Shown here: one piece after another, positions 1-10,947 of the stretch | Numbering within the stretch: the stretch's first letter is position 1 | Layout: every line of letters starts with the position of its first letter | Assembly (NCBI RefSeq): GCF_001457615.1 | Contig: NZ_LN831024.1 | Span: 2,310,001-2,342,000, forward strand | From: Pseudomonas aeruginosa | Lineage (GTDB): Bacteria > Pseudomonadota > Gammaproteobacteria > Pseudomonadales > Pseudomonadaceae | Direction: 5' to 3' | Length of the DNA: 32,000 bases | Program-made: the position numbers and the translations under genes | The notes under the pieces: generated by a model | What the model was told of the DNA's origin: nothing | What the model saw: only the letters and a program-made list of their open reading frames with translations | Database searches by the model: none

Positions 1-859
1 CGAGCCGTTCCAGGCGGGGCGTATAGCCCGGGTTGCCCTCGCAGCCGGCGGCGAATACGTGGGGGATTTCCTCGTCGCCGTGGATGTCGAGGAACAGGTC
101 GACGCCATGGCGCTTCATCTCCTGCTGGACGAACCAGACTTCCGGGCTGCGCTCGGCGCTCGGCTCCAGCCAGGCCCGGTTGAGATCCTGGCCGGCGGCG
201 TTGGTGCGCAGGTTGCCGTGGAACGCGCCGTCCGGGTTCATGTTCGGCACCAGGTACAGGTCGGCCTTTTCCAGCAGGCGCTGCATTTCCGTATCGTCCG
301 GCCGCTGCAGGCGCTCGATCAGGCCTTCCATGAACCATTCGGCCATGTGTTCGCCGGGATGCTGCTGGGCGATGACCCACAGCTTCAGGTGGCTGTCGGG
401 ATGGCGCCTGACCCGCAGCAATTCGATGTCGCGGCCTTGCACGCTGGTGCCGACGGCGAGCCGTTCGACGCCCTCGATGCCGAGCGCACGTTCGACCAGG
501 CGGGCATGCCGTTCGCGGCTGTAGGGCTCGAAGTAGGCGAAGCGGACTTCGCTTTCCTCCGGTTCCAGCTGGAAATGCAGGCCGTCGGCGTCGTATTGCG
601 ACGGCACGCGGAACCAGCGTTCGCCATCGTACGAGGCGACTGCCTGGTAGCCGCTCCAGGCATGGCTGTAGGCCGACTGGCCGGCGTTGACCAGGGTGAA
701 GCAGTGCTCGGTGGCGGCAGCCATGCCCTCGACCTTGAAGTGGAACCACTGGAAATGCTGGCTGGCCAGGTCGGGACGGATCGCCAGGCGGATCCGGCGG
801 GGATCGCTGGCATCGATGACCTGGATGTTGCCGCTGTCGAAATCGGCGCGGATCTGCAT
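1..859 (-). CDS. M14-family zinc carboxypeptidase, 5' portion only (gene continues past the window start)
   Basis: Absent from the ORF track because it runs off the edge. Hand translation of the minus strand from ATG 859-857 gives MQIRADFDSGNIQVIDASDPRRIRLAIRPD...WVIAQQHPGEHMAEWF...LVPNMNPDG...DIHGDEE, with the HxxE zinc motif and NPDG typical of M14 peptidases. GAGG lies 6 nt upstream. The + strand ORF 59..1303 is its antisense shadow. Confidence 0.8.
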   Translation of the reverse strand, partial: MQIRADFDSGNIQVIDASDPRRIRLAIRPDLASQHFQWFHFKVEGMAAATEHCFTLVNAGQSAYSHAWSGYQAVASYDGERWFRVPSQYDADGLHFQLEPEESEVRFAYFEPYSRERHARLVERALGIEGVERLAVGTSVQGRDIELLRVRRHPDSHLKLWVIAQQHPGEHMAEWFMEGLIERLQRPDDTEMQRLLEKADLYLVPNMNPDGAFHGNLRTNAAGQDLNRAWLEPSAERSPEVWFVQQEMKRHGVDLFLDIHGDEEIPHVFAAGCEGNPGYTPRLERL

Positions 860-952
860 GGGAACCTCATCGGGCGAAATCACGGACCCGCATGTTCCGG
901 GGCTGGCTCGCGGCTGTCAAAGCGACCATGGATAGGTGGCTTTCCCGGGCAT

Positions 953-978
953 AAAAAAAGGGCGACCGATGGTCGCCC
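953..978 (-). terminator. Intrinsic terminator downstream of htpX
   Basis: Stem GGGCGACC (960-967) / GGTCGCCC (971-978) with a 3-nt loop. On the minus strand it is followed by a 7-U tract (A953-A959). It lies about 20 nt after the htpX stop codon. Confidence 0.85.
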
Positions 979-999
979 TGTCCCAAGTGTGAAAGCGGA

Positions 1000-1875
1000 T
1001 CAGCGTGCGCTGGCGCGCAGCGCTTCGATACGATCCTCCAGCGGCGGGTGGCTCATCAGCAGGCCGGCCAGGCCGTGCTTGAGGCCGCCATTGATGCCGA
1101 AGGCGTTCAGGGTGTCGGGCATCTGCACCGGCACGCCCTGTTCCGAACGCAGGCGTTGCAGCGCGGCGATCATCGCGCCGGTGCCGGCCAGGTGGGCGCC
1201 GGCGGCGTCGGCGCGGAACTCGCGGCGGCGCGAGAACCACATGACGATGATGCTGGCGAGGATGCCGAGCACCAGTTCGGCGAAGATGGTCGCGACGAAG
1301 TAGCCGATGCCCGGGCCGTCCTCGTTCTTCAGGATGGCCTTGTCGACGAAGTTGCCGAAGATCCGCGCGAAGAACATCACGAAGGTGTTCACCACGCCCT
1401 GGATCAATGCCAGGGTGACCATGTCGCCGTTGGCGACGTGACCGATCTCGTGGGCGAGGACGGCTTTCACCTCATCGGGCGAGAAACGTTCGAGCAGGCC
1501 CTGGCTGACCGCGACCAGCGCGTCGTTCTTGTTCCAGCCGGTGGCGAAGGCGTTGGCCTCGTAGGCGGGGAAGATGCCGACCTCCGGCATCTTGATGCCG
1601 GCTTCGCGGGACAGCTCTTCGACGGTTTGCAGCAGCCACTGTTCGTGACGGGTGCGCGGCTGGCTGATGACTTCGGTACCGGTGCTCATCTTCGCCATCC
1701 ACTTGGAGATGAACAGCGAGACCAGCGAACCGGCGAAACCGAACACGGCGCAGAAGACCAGCAGGCTGCCGTAATTCTGGCCGGTGAAGCGGTCCACCCC
1801 GAGCAGTTTCAGGGTGATGCTGGCAATCACCAGGACTGCCAGGTTGGTGGCCAGGAACAACAGGATGCGCATCAT
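1000..1875 (-). CDS. htpX: Membrane zinc metalloprotease HtpX (M48)
   Basis: ORF 1000..1959 trimmed to [20 protein letters not shown] (ATG at 1875). It has N-terminal TM helices, the [11 protein letters not shown] (HExxH) motif, and end-to-end similarity to HtpX. Confidence 0.93.
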   Translation of the reverse strand: MMRILLFLATNLAVLVIASITLKLLGVDRFTGQNYGSLLVFCAVFGFAGSLVSLFISKWMAKMSTGTEVISQPRTRHEQWLLQTVEELSREAGIKMPEVGIFPAYEANAFATGWNKNDALVAVSQGLLERFSPDEVKAVLAHEIGHVANGDMVTLALIQGVVNTFVMFFARIFGNFVDKAILKNEDGPGIGYFVATIFAELVLGILASIIVMWFSRRREFRADAAGAHLAGTGAMIAALQRLRSEQGVPVQMPDTLNAFGINGGLKHGLAGLLMSHPPLEDRIEALRASAR

Positions 1876-1968
1876 GGTGTAAAGCTTCTCCTCACGGCTG
1901 AAGGCACGGAGCGCGGTTCGCAGGCCGCCGGGGCGGGCGAACGGGCTCCTGATAATCATGCGGGGTTA

Positions 1969-1996
1969 TATAAGGGGCGGTCCATGGCGATTCAAT
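1969..1996 (-). promoter_or_regulatory. Candidate sigma32 (RpoH)-type promoter for htpX
   Basis: The minus strand reads ATTGAA (1996-1991), a 13-nt spacer, then CCCCTTATA (1977-1969). This compares with the E. coli sigma32 consensus CTTGAA-N13-15-CCCCATnT. It lies about 90 nt upstream of the htpX ATG. Confidence 0.4.
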
Positions 1997-2008
1997 CGAG
2001 GGACTATT

Positions 2009-2461
2009 TCAAACTGTGTCGCCTTGCGCGCCCAGGTTGCCCTCGAACAGCAGGCGGGTCAGCCCGGCCAGGCGTTCGCCGTCGCCCTGCGCCAGCGCCT
2101 GGCGCAACTGGTTGGCCAGGCTGGCCTGTTCGCGGCGCACGCTGGCCGGCGCCTCGGCCAGCGCCGCCGCGGCCCGGGGGACGATACGGGTAAGTCTTAG
2201 GAAGGCCTTTTCGCTGAGCACCGCCTGGTCGAGAGCCTCGTAATGAATGGTGTTGGCGAAGCGCAGGTAGCCTTCCTCGGCGAGCCAGAGCAACGCGCCC
2301 AGACAACTTTGGTGACGTTTGCTCGGCAGGCCGAACTCGTCCGGCGCCTCGCGGCCGATCAGGTCTTCGACGTAGAGCGCGGTCTTGCGCGGAAACGCCT
2401 GGTAGAGAAGCAGGAGGCCGCCAGCGGCGTCCTTGTGGAAGTCGTCGATCTGCAGGTCCAT
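2009..2461 (-). CDS. Conserved hypothetical protein (150 aa)
   Basis: ORF 2009..2461 (MDLQIDDFHKDAAGGLLLLYQAFPRK...) has plausible amino-acid composition, unlike the overlapping Arg/Pro/Gly-rich shadow frames. I recognise no motif. Confidence 0.65.
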   Translation of the reverse strand: MDLQIDDFHKDAAGGLLLLYQAFPRKTALYVEDLIGREAPDEFGLPSKRHQSCLGALLWLAEEGYLRFANTIHYEALDQAVLSEKAFLRLTRIVPRAAAALAEAPASVRREQASLANQLRQALAQGDGERLAGLTRLLFEGNLGAQGDTV

Positions 2462-2512
2462 GGATGGGTCGCCGGGCAGGGCGGCGCCAGCGGCGCCGCG
2501 GGAGCGGGGAGG

Positions 2513-3724
2513 TTACTGCTGGTAGCCCTTGAGGAAGCTGCCGATGCGCAGGATCGCCTGCTCCAGGTCGTCGACGCGGGGCAGGGTGACCACCCGGAAG
2601 TGGTCGGGCCACGGCCAGTTGAAGGCGGTGCCCTGGACGATCAGCAGTTTTTCCGAGAGCAGCAGGTCGAGGACGAACTTTTCGTCGTTGTGGATCGGGC
2701 AGACCTTCGGATCGATCCGCGGGAAGGCGTACAGCGCGCCCATCGGCTTCACGCAGCTGACGCCGGGGATGTCGTTGAGCAGTTCCCAGGCGCGGTTGCG
2801 CTGCTCCAGCAGGCGCCCCGGCGGCAGGACCAGATCGTTGATGCTCTGGTAGCCGCCCAGGGCGGTCTGGATCGCGTGCTGCGCCGGGACGTTGGCGCAC
2901 AGGCGCATGTTGGCGAGGATGTCGAGACCTTCGATATAGCTCTGTGCCCGCTGCTTGGGCCCGGAGATCGCCACCCAGCCGGAGCGGAAGCCGGCCACCC
3001 GGTAGGATTTGGACAGGCCGTTGAAGGTCAGGCAGAGCACGTCCGGCGCCAGCGAGGCGGTGGAGACGTGGACGGCGCCGTCGTAGAGGATCTTGTCGTA
3101 GATCTCGTCGGAGAACAGCACCAGGTTGTGCTGGCGGGCCAGTTCGACCATGCCTTCCAGCACTTCCCTGGAATACACCGCGCCGGTGGGGTTGTTCGGG
3201 TTGATGATCACCATCGCCCTGGTATTCGGCGTGATCTTCGCCTTGATGTCTTCCAGGTCCGGCCACCAGTTGGCCTGCTCGTCGCACAGGTAGTGCACCG
3301 GCTTGCCGCCGGCGAGGCTGACGGCGGCGGTCCACAGCGGGTAGTCGGGAGCGGGGATCAGCACCTCGTCGCCGTTGTTCAGCAGCGCCTGCATGGACAT
3401 CACGATCAGTTCCGACACGCCGTTGCCGAGGTAGATGTCCTCGATGCCGACGCCTTCCACCTGCTTCTGCTGGTAATACTGCATCACTGCCTTGCGCGCG
3501 CTGAACAGGCCCTTGGAGTCGCTGTAGCCCTGGGCGGTCGGCAGGTTGCGGATGACGTCCTGGAGAATTTCCTCGGGAGCTTCGAAACCGAACGGCGCCG
3601 GGTTGCCGATATTCAGCTTGAGGATGCGGTGACCCTCTTCCTCTAGGCGTTTGGCGTGCTTGAGCACCGGCCCGCGAATGTCATAGCAGACGTTGGCGAG
3701 CTTGTTCGATTTGCTGACCTGCAT
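2513..3724 (-). CDS. alaA: PLP-dependent class I aminotransferase, AlaA (YfbQ)-like glutamate-pyruvate aminotransferase
   Basis: ORF 2513..4027 trimmed to MQVSKSNKLANVCYDIRGPVLKHAKRLEEEGHRILKLNIGNPAPFGF (ATG at 3724). It is near-colinear with my recollection of E. coli AlaA, including NPNNPTG and the PLP-lysine motif NGLSKSYRVAGFRSGW. Confidence 0.88.
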   Translation of the reverse strand: MQVSKSNKLANVCYDIRGPVLKHAKRLEEEGHRILKLNIGNPAPFGFEAPEEILQDVIRNLPTAQGYSDSKGLFSARKAVMQYYQQKQVEGVGIEDIYLGNGVSELIVMSMQALLNNGDEVLIPAPDYPLWTAAVSLAGGKPVHYLCDEQANWWPDLEDIKAKITPNTRAMVIINPNNPTGAVYSREVLEGMVELARQHNLVLFSDEIYDKILYDGAVHVSTASLAPDVLCLTFNGLSKSYRVAGFRSGWVAISGPKQRAQSYIEGLDILANMRLCANVPAQHAIQTALGGYQSINDLVLPPGRLLEQRNRAWELLNDIPGVSCVKPMGALYAFPRIDPKVCPIHNDEKFVLDLLLSEKLLIVQGTAFNWPWPDHFRVVTLPRVDDLEQAILRIGSFLKGYQQ

Positions 3725-3908
3725 GATGTGTCGAGTCCCGAAGTGAGCGAACACCGTGGAACAGGCTGCGAAAAGCCCGCTGGATCGCGGCTTGGCAGGC
3801 TGTAACGCGGATGACAGACTGGCGTCTATAAGGAGCACGCATGATACGTGCGGCCCGTCCCCCGGAAAAGGGAGCGCCGGGCATTTTTCAGATCGCGAGG
3901 TAGAGCCG

Positions 3909-4307
3909 ATGAGCAAGATCGACAAACCCCTGGACTCCTGGCGCGAGGAGTTGACCGAAGAGCAGTTCCACATCTGTCGCCTGGGCGGTACCGAACGCGC
4001 CTTCAGTGGCGAATACCACGCCACCAAGACCCCCGGGATCTATCATTGCACCTGCTGCGGCACGGCGTTGTTCGACTCCGACGCCAAGTACGACTCCGGC
4101 AGCGGTTGGCCGAGCTATTTCCAGCCGGTGGACGCCGAGGCGGTCCGCGAACTGGACGACTTCAGCCACGGCATGCATCGCATCGAAGTCCGCTGCGGTC
4201 GCTGCGATGCCCACCTGGGGCACGTCTTCCCGGATGGCCCCCGGCCCACCGGGTTGCGTTACTGCATCAACTCGGCCTCGCTGAAGCTGGTGCCGCGGGA
4301 GAGCTAG
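3909..4307 (+). CDS. msrB: Peptide methionine-R-sulfoxide reductase MsrB
   Basis: ORF 3756..4307 trimmed to [20 protein letters not shown] (ATG 3909). It has two zinc CxxC pairs ([19 protein letters not shown]) and the catalytic RYCINS motif. Confidence 0.93.
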
Positions 4308-4313
4308 AGAGCG

Positions 4314-4342
4314 ACGACCCGTCTTTGGTTCGGGTCGTTTTT
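4314..4342 (+). terminator. Intrinsic terminator after msrB
   Basis: Stem ACGACCCG (4314-4321) / CGGGTCGT (4331-4338) with a 9-nt loop and a T-run at 4338-4342. It starts 7 nt after the msrB stop. Confidence 0.8.
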
Positions 4343-4360
4343 CATTCAATCAAGTTGTGT

Positions 4361-4373
4361 GCAATTGAATTGC
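4361..4373. promoter_or_regulatory. Perfect palindrome GCAATT-G-AATTGC, candidate OspR/OhrR-type operator of the gpx-ospR operon
   Basis: A 13-bp perfect inverted repeat in an unusually AT-rich stretch, 46 nt upstream of the gpx ATG. OhrR-family operators are AT-rich inverted repeats containing CAATT/AATTG. Confidence 0.5.
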
Positions 4374-4418
4374 GAGATACTTTATTTCGAGACCCACCCT
4401 CAACAAGGAAGACAAGCC

Positions 4419-4904
4419 ATGAGCGATTCGCTGCTGAGCATTCCCTGCACCACCATCAAGGGCGAACAGAAGACCCTGGCCGACTTCGGCGGCAAGGCGC
4501 TGCTGGTGGTGAACACCGCCAGCAAGTGCGGCTTCACCCCGCAGTACCAGGGGCTGGAGGCCTTGTGGGAAAAATACCGTGAGCGCGGACTGGTGGTGCT
4601 CGGGTTTCCCTGCAACCAGTTCGGCAAGCAGGAACCGGGCGACGAGGGCGAGATTTCGCAGTTCTGCGAACTGAACTACGGGGTGAGCTTCCCGCTGTTC
4701 AGGAAGATCGAGGTCAACGGCGCCGGCGCCCACCCGTTGTTCGTCAGCCTGAAGAAGCGCGCGCCGGGCCTGCTCGGCAGCCAGGGCATCAAGTGGAACT
4801 TCACCAAGTTCCTGATCGGCCGCGATGGCCAGGTGGTGAAGCGCTATGCGCCGACCACCAAGCCGGAGGAGCTGAGCTCGGCGATCGAGGCGCTGCTTGA
4901 ATGA
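4419..4904 (+). CDS. gpx: Glutathione peroxidase (Cys-type)
   Basis: ORF 4359..4904 trimmed to MSDSLLSIPCTTIKGEQ (ATG 4419, AAGGAAG upstream). It has the catalytic motif NTASKCGFTPQY plus FPCNQFGKQEPG and WNFTKFL. Confidence 0.93.
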   Translation: MSDSLLSIPCTTIKGEQKTLADFGGKALLVVNTASKCGFTPQYQGLEALWEKYRERGLVVLGFPCNQFGKQEPGDEGEISQFCELNYGVSFPLFRKIEVNGAGAHPLFVSLKKRAPGLLGSQGIKWNFTKFLIGRDGQVVKRYAPTTKPEELSSAIEALLE

Positions 4905-5392
4905 GCACCCGGGGAAAAGTCGCCAGGCCGGATGGCGTCGAAGAATCGCTGCTGCTCGACAACCAGCTGTGTTTCAAGCTGTACGCCGCCTCGCGCGCGG
5001 TGATCCGCGGCTATCGGCCGCTGCTCGAACAGATCGGCCTGACCTACCCGCAGTACCTGGTCATGCTGGTGCTCTGGGAGTGGCATGCGAGCCCGCCGGA
5101 GCAGCCGACGGTGAAGGCCCTGGGCGACCGCCTGCTGCTCGACTCCGGAACCCTGACGCCCTTGCTCAAGCGTCTCGAACAGCTCGGCCTGGTGGATCGC
5201 CGTCGCGCCAGTCACGATGAGCGGGAAGTGCACCTGACGCTGACGGTGCCGGGGATCACCTTGCGCGAACGGGTCATTCCGCTGCGCCAGCAGCTGATCT
5301 GCAGCACCGGTTTCGACCTCAACGAGATGTTCGACCTGCACCAGCGCCTGGGCGGATTGCTGTCGCGCTTCCGTCTGGCGGTAGGAGGCTAG
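4901..5392 (+). CDS. ospR: MarR/OhrR-family redox-sensing repressor (OspR)
   Basis: ORF 4901..5392. Its start overlaps the gpx stop (ATGA at 4901-4904). It has a MarR winged helix and an N-terminal Cys in NQLCFKLY, as in OhrR. The position next to gpx matches the P. aeruginosa OspR locus as I recall it. Confidence 0.85.
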   Translation: MSTRGKVARPDGVEESLLLDNQLCFKLYAASRAVIRGYRPLLEQIGLTYPQYLVMLVLWEWHASPPEQPTVKALGDRLLLDSGTLTPLLKRLEQLGLVDRRRASHDEREVHLTLTVPGITLRERVIPLRQQLICSTGFDLNEMFDLHQRLGGLLSRFRLAVGG

Positions 5393-5410
5393 CCGTCGTC
5401 GCGAGGCCGG

Positions 5411-7771
<2,361 letters not shown>

Positions 7772-7853
7772 AGCCCATCCCGACCGTCTGTCGGGGTTCC
7801 TGGGCGCAACCGATGATCGATCCGTGACGTCAGTCCGATCCGAGGAGAACAGA

Positions 7854-8744
7854 GTGGATTCCCGATTGAGCGATTTTCTTGCCCGCGCCGAAAGCGTGCT
7901 CGCGCGCCTGGAGCCGCTGCTGCCGGCCGTACGCGAAGCCGTCGACTGGGAGCGCAGCCTGGCGGCGCGCTGGCACCGCGACGGCCGTAGCGGCTACCTG
8001 CAGCCGCTGGAGGTCAGCCTCGACCTGCGCCTGGCCGACCTGCTGGGCGTAGAGCGGCAGCGCGAGCAACTGGAACGCAACACCCGCCAGTTCGTCGCCG
8101 GCCAGCCGGCCAACCACGCCTTGCTCTGGGGGGCCCGCGGGACCGGCAAGTCCTCCCTGGTTCGTGCGCTGCTGGCCGAGCTGGCCGGCGCCGGGCTGCG
8201 CCTGATCGAGATCGAGCGCGACCACCTGGCCGACCTGCCGCGCGTGGTCGAGCAACTGCAAGGCCTGCCGCAGCGCTTCGTACTGTTCTGCGACGACCTC
8301 TCGTTCGATGCCGGGGAAGGCGACTACCGGGTACTCAAGAGCGTGCTCGACGGCTCGCTGGAACAGGCGCCGGAGAATGTGCTGCTCTACGCCACCTCCA
8401 ACCGCCGGCACCTGGTTTCGGAGAAGCAGAGCGACAACGAGAACTGGAAGATGGTGGACGGCGAGCTGCATCCCAACGAAGCGGTGGAGGACAAGATCGC
8501 CTTGTCCGACCGTTTCGGCCTGTGGCTGTCGTTCTATCCCTTCACTCAGGAGCATTTCCTCAGCGTGGTTCACCACTGGGTGGACGTGCTCGCGGAGAAG
8601 GCCGGGCTGGCCTGGAGCTGGAGCGAGGAACTGGAGAAGGAAGCGATCCGCTGGGCGCTTGGCCGCGGCAACCGCAACGGCCGTTGCGCCTATCAGTTCT
8701 CCCGCTACTGGGTGGGCAAGCAACTGCTGGAGCGCCAGGCATGA
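7854..8744 (+). CDS. DUF815-type AAA ATPase of unknown function
   Basis: ORF 7680..8744 trimmed to the GTG at 7854, preceded by GAGGAG (7842-7847). It has Walker A GARGTGKSS and Walker B-like FVLFCDDLSF. Confidence 0.8.
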   Translation: MDSRLSDFLARAESVLARLEPLLPAVREAVDWERSLAARWHRDGRSGYLQPLEVSLDLRLADLLGVERQREQLERNTRQFVAGQPANHALLWGARGTGKSSLVRALLAELAGAGLRLIEIERDHLADLPRVVEQLQGLPQRFVLFCDDLSFDAGEGDYRVLKSVLDGSLEQAPENVLLYATSNRRHLVSEKQSDNENWKMVDGELHPNEAVEDKIALSDRFGLWLSFYPFTQEHFLSVVHHWVDVLAEKAGLAWSWSEELEKEAIRWALGRGNRNGRCAYQFSRYWVGKQLLERQA

Positions 8745-9223
8745 TCGATCTGCAGCAATCTGGCGCCGGGCTGGCCGGCTACGCCCTGCTGGCGGCGCAG
8801 GCCGAGGCGCTGTTCGCCGACGAGCGCGATTTCATCGCCAACGCCGCGCAGTTCTCCGCCTTTCTCTTCCATGAGCTGGGCGACCTGAACTGGGCCGGCT
8901 TCTATCTGAACCGCAACGAGGAACTGGTCCTGGGACCGTTCCAGGGCAAGGTCGCCTGCGTCCGCATCCCCTTCTCCAAGGGCGTCTGCGGCGCCGCGGC
9001 GCGTACCCGGCTGACCCAGCGGGTCGACGACGTCCACGCGTTTCCCGGCCACATCGCCTGCGACAGCGCTTCCAGCAGCGAACTGGTGGTGCCTCTGCTC
9101 AAGGACGGCCGCCTGGTCGCTGTGCTCGATCTGGACAGCCCGAGCGTGGGACGCTTCAGCGCCGAGGACCAGGCCGGGATCGAAGGCCTGGTGGAGATAT
9201 TCCTGCGCCTGACGGACTGCTGA
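8741..9223 (+). CDS. msrC: GAF-domain free methionine-R-sulfoxide reductase (YebR/MsrC family)
   Basis: ORF 8522..9223 trimmed to MIDLQQSG (ATG 8741, overlapping the upstream stop as ATGA). It is colinear with E. coli YebR as I recall it: NWAGFYL, GPFQGKVACVRIPFSKGVCG, HIACDSASSSELVVPL. Confidence 0.85.
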   Translation: MIDLQQSGAGLAGYALLAAQAEALFADERDFIANAAQFSAFLFHELGDLNWAGFYLNRNEELVLGPFQGKVACVRIPFSKGVCGAAARTRLTQRVDDVHAFPGHIACDSASSSELVVPLLKDGRLVAVLDLDSPSVGRFSAEDQAGIEGLVEIFLRLTDC

Positions 9224-9232
9224 GCGACGCGT

Positions 9233-9895
9233 TCAGGCTTTCGCTGCGAGCTTGTCGAGGGTCCGTCGTTCCCCCGGCAGCAGCGCTTGCATCGCCGGGC
9301 GTTCGAGCATCCGCGCGAAATGCGCGGCGAGGGCCGGCCAGCGTTGCTCGTCCAGGTTTTCGCCGGCGTGACGCAGGTTGACCAACTGGCTGGCGAGCGC
9401 CAGGTCGGCGAGGGTCAGTCGCTCGCCGACGAAGAAGGCCCGGCCGTCGAGATGGTTTTCCAGGTAATCGAAGTGCGCTGGCAGCTTTTCCTCCAGCGCG
9501 CGACGCACGTCGTTTTCCTCGCAGGCCTGGCCCATCGCCGGCTTGAGTATCCGGTTGCGGAAGATCGTCAGCGTGGCTAGGGGAGCGATCTCGTAGTCGG
9601 CGTATTTTTCCAGCCAGCGCACCGCTGCGCGGCCGGCGGGGGCGTCGCCCTGGAGATTCGGCGGTTCGGGATAGCGTTCTTCCAGGTACTGGCAGATCAC
9701 GCTGGAGTCGGCGAGGGCCAGGTCGCCGTCGCGCAACGCCGGGATGCGGCCCAGCGGACTGATCTCGCGATACCAGGCCGGCTGGCCGAACGGGGCGATC
9801 GCTTCCAACTGGTAGTCGAGGCCCTTTTCGGCCAGGAGCAGGCGGACCTTGCGGACGAACGGAGACAGCGGGGCTCCGTAGAGTGTCAGGCTCAT
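9233..9895 (-). CDS. Glutathione S-transferase
   Basis: 220-aa ORF with an N-terminal thioredoxin-like GST fold (LYGAPLSPFVRKVRLLLAEKG...GRIPAL...ADSSVICQYLEE) and a C-terminal helical domain. Confidence 0.88.
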   Translation of the reverse strand: MSLTLYGAPLSPFVRKVRLLLAEKGLDYQLEAIAPFGQPAWYREISPLGRIPALRDGDLALADSSVICQYLEERYPEPPNLQGDAPAGRAAVRWLEKYADYEIAPLATLTIFRNRILKPAMGQACEENDVRRALEEKLPAHFDYLENHLDGRAFFVGERLTLADLALASQLVNLRHAGENLDEQRWPALAAHFARMLERPAMQALLPGERRTLDKLAAKA

Positions 9896-9956
9896 AACGA
9901 TTTCCTCGGTCGATATGAGCCTGGGTTATAGCACGGCTGCCGTAGGCAGGCCGGAA

Positions 9957-10730
9957 TCAGTCGTAGACGTTCTTCTTCTTCCACAGGTCGTCTGCATCGA
10001 GGGCCTTCAATCCCTCGTTGAGTTCGCTGGGCTCCTCGCTCGCCGGCTGGCTGTTGTTCAGCACCATCGCGTTGGCGCGGGCCAGCTGCGCTTCCATCTG
10101 CTGCAGCTCCGCCTGGTAGCGCGCCAGCTCGGGCTGCTTGCGCAGGTACTGGGCGCCGCGTTCGAAGGCCAGGCGCGCCTGGCGCGGTTCGTTCTGCTGC
10201 AGGGCCTGCTGGCCGAGATTGCCGAAGAACTCGATATGCAGGCGCACCAGGAGGTGGCGAATCTCCTTGACCCAGATCTGCGCCTCGCTGCGCGGCAGGT
10301 GGCCGTCCTGGGTGAAACGGGTGAGCTGGGCATGCAGGGCTTCGAAGAGGAAGCGGACTTCCTTGGCCTTGTCCTCGGTCAGGATCGCCTGGGGCGGATT
10401 GCGCACCGGGATCGACTCGCCCTTGGCGACCAGCGCGCGCAACTCTTCTATACGAGCCTTGAGCCCGGCATCGGCTTTCTTCTCCAGCGCCAGTTGCTGC
10501 TCGCTGAGGCTGAGCTCGATCTGGCTCATCAACAGCTTCAGCGACGGGCTGACGAACTGGCCGGGAAGGCTCTCGGAAATCTGCGCGCAGCGCCGGACCC
10601 GGTCGTTGAGTTCGGCCTTCAGGCGCGCTTTCTCCAGCTTGCTGTTTTCCACCACGTGGTTGATATAGCCAATGGCGATGAGGAGGGCGATCCCGCCGAT
10701 GATGAGGGCGGTAATGAGGAGTGGCGACAC
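9957..10730 (-). CDS. Membrane-anchored coiled-coil protein of unknown function
   Basis: 257-aa ORF with a GTG start at 10730 and GGAG 8 nt upstream. It has a single N-terminal TM helix (SPLLITALIIGGIALLIAIGYI) followed by a long charged helical region. Confidence 0.72.
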   Translation of the reverse strand: MSPLLITALIIGGIALLIAIGYINHVVENSKLEKARLKAELNDRVRRCAQISESLPGQFVSPSLKLLMSQIELSLSEQQLALEKKADAGLKARIEELRALVAKGESIPVRNPPQAILTEDKAKEVRFLFEALHAQLTRFTQDGHLPRSEAQIWVKEIRHLLVRLHIEFFGNLGQQALQQNEPRQARLAFERGAQYLRKQPELARYQAELQQMEAQLARANAMVLNNSQPASEEPSELNEGLKALDADDLWKKKNVYD

Positions 10731-10844
10731 CTTGGGACTCCGCTGTAAGAATTTTCTCAGTCTAATGTCTTGGTGCTACCACTGATAGCAGCAGCTCATT
10801 ATTTGCACAGAAGTCTTTGATTTAAAAAAATTTTCTCAGAAGGG

Positions 10845-10873
10845 TTGACGCCTCCCCGGACGCTCCATAAAAT
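10845..10873 (+). promoter_or_regulatory. Sigma70 promoter of the tRNA-Glu/Gly/Gly operon
   Basis: TTGACG (10845-10850), a 17-nt spacer, then TAAAAT (10868-10873). An A/T-rich UP-like tract (tttgatttaaaaaaatttt) lies upstream, and a GC-rich discriminator (gcgcgcc) follows the -10, as in stable-RNA promoters under stringent control. Confidence 0.75.
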
Positions 10874-10947
10874 GCGCGCCACTTCCAGCGTGAAGCCAAA
10901 CGCGAAACACTGGAAGCCGGAAAGATCTGTTGTAAGTTCCGGGCCGC

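Noticed and set aside
59-1303. 414-aa + strand ORF spanning the first 1.3 kb
   Set aside because: This is an antisense shadow of the carboxypeptidase and htpX genes. Its composition is typical of the reverse strand of high-GC genes (runs of A, G, V, L, D, Q with no motifs). The minus-strand frames give recognisable M14 and HtpX proteins.
2004-3646. Long ORFs 2004..3335 (-, 443 aa) and 2243..3646 (+, 467 aa)
   Set aside because: These are out-of-frame or antisense shadows of the alaA-like and PA2829-like genes. Their translations are Arg/Pro/Gly-rich with no domain signature.
7825-7832. Palindromic octamer TGACGTCA upstream of the DUF815 gene
   Set aside because: This is a single short palindrome with no second site or recognisable regulator consensus.
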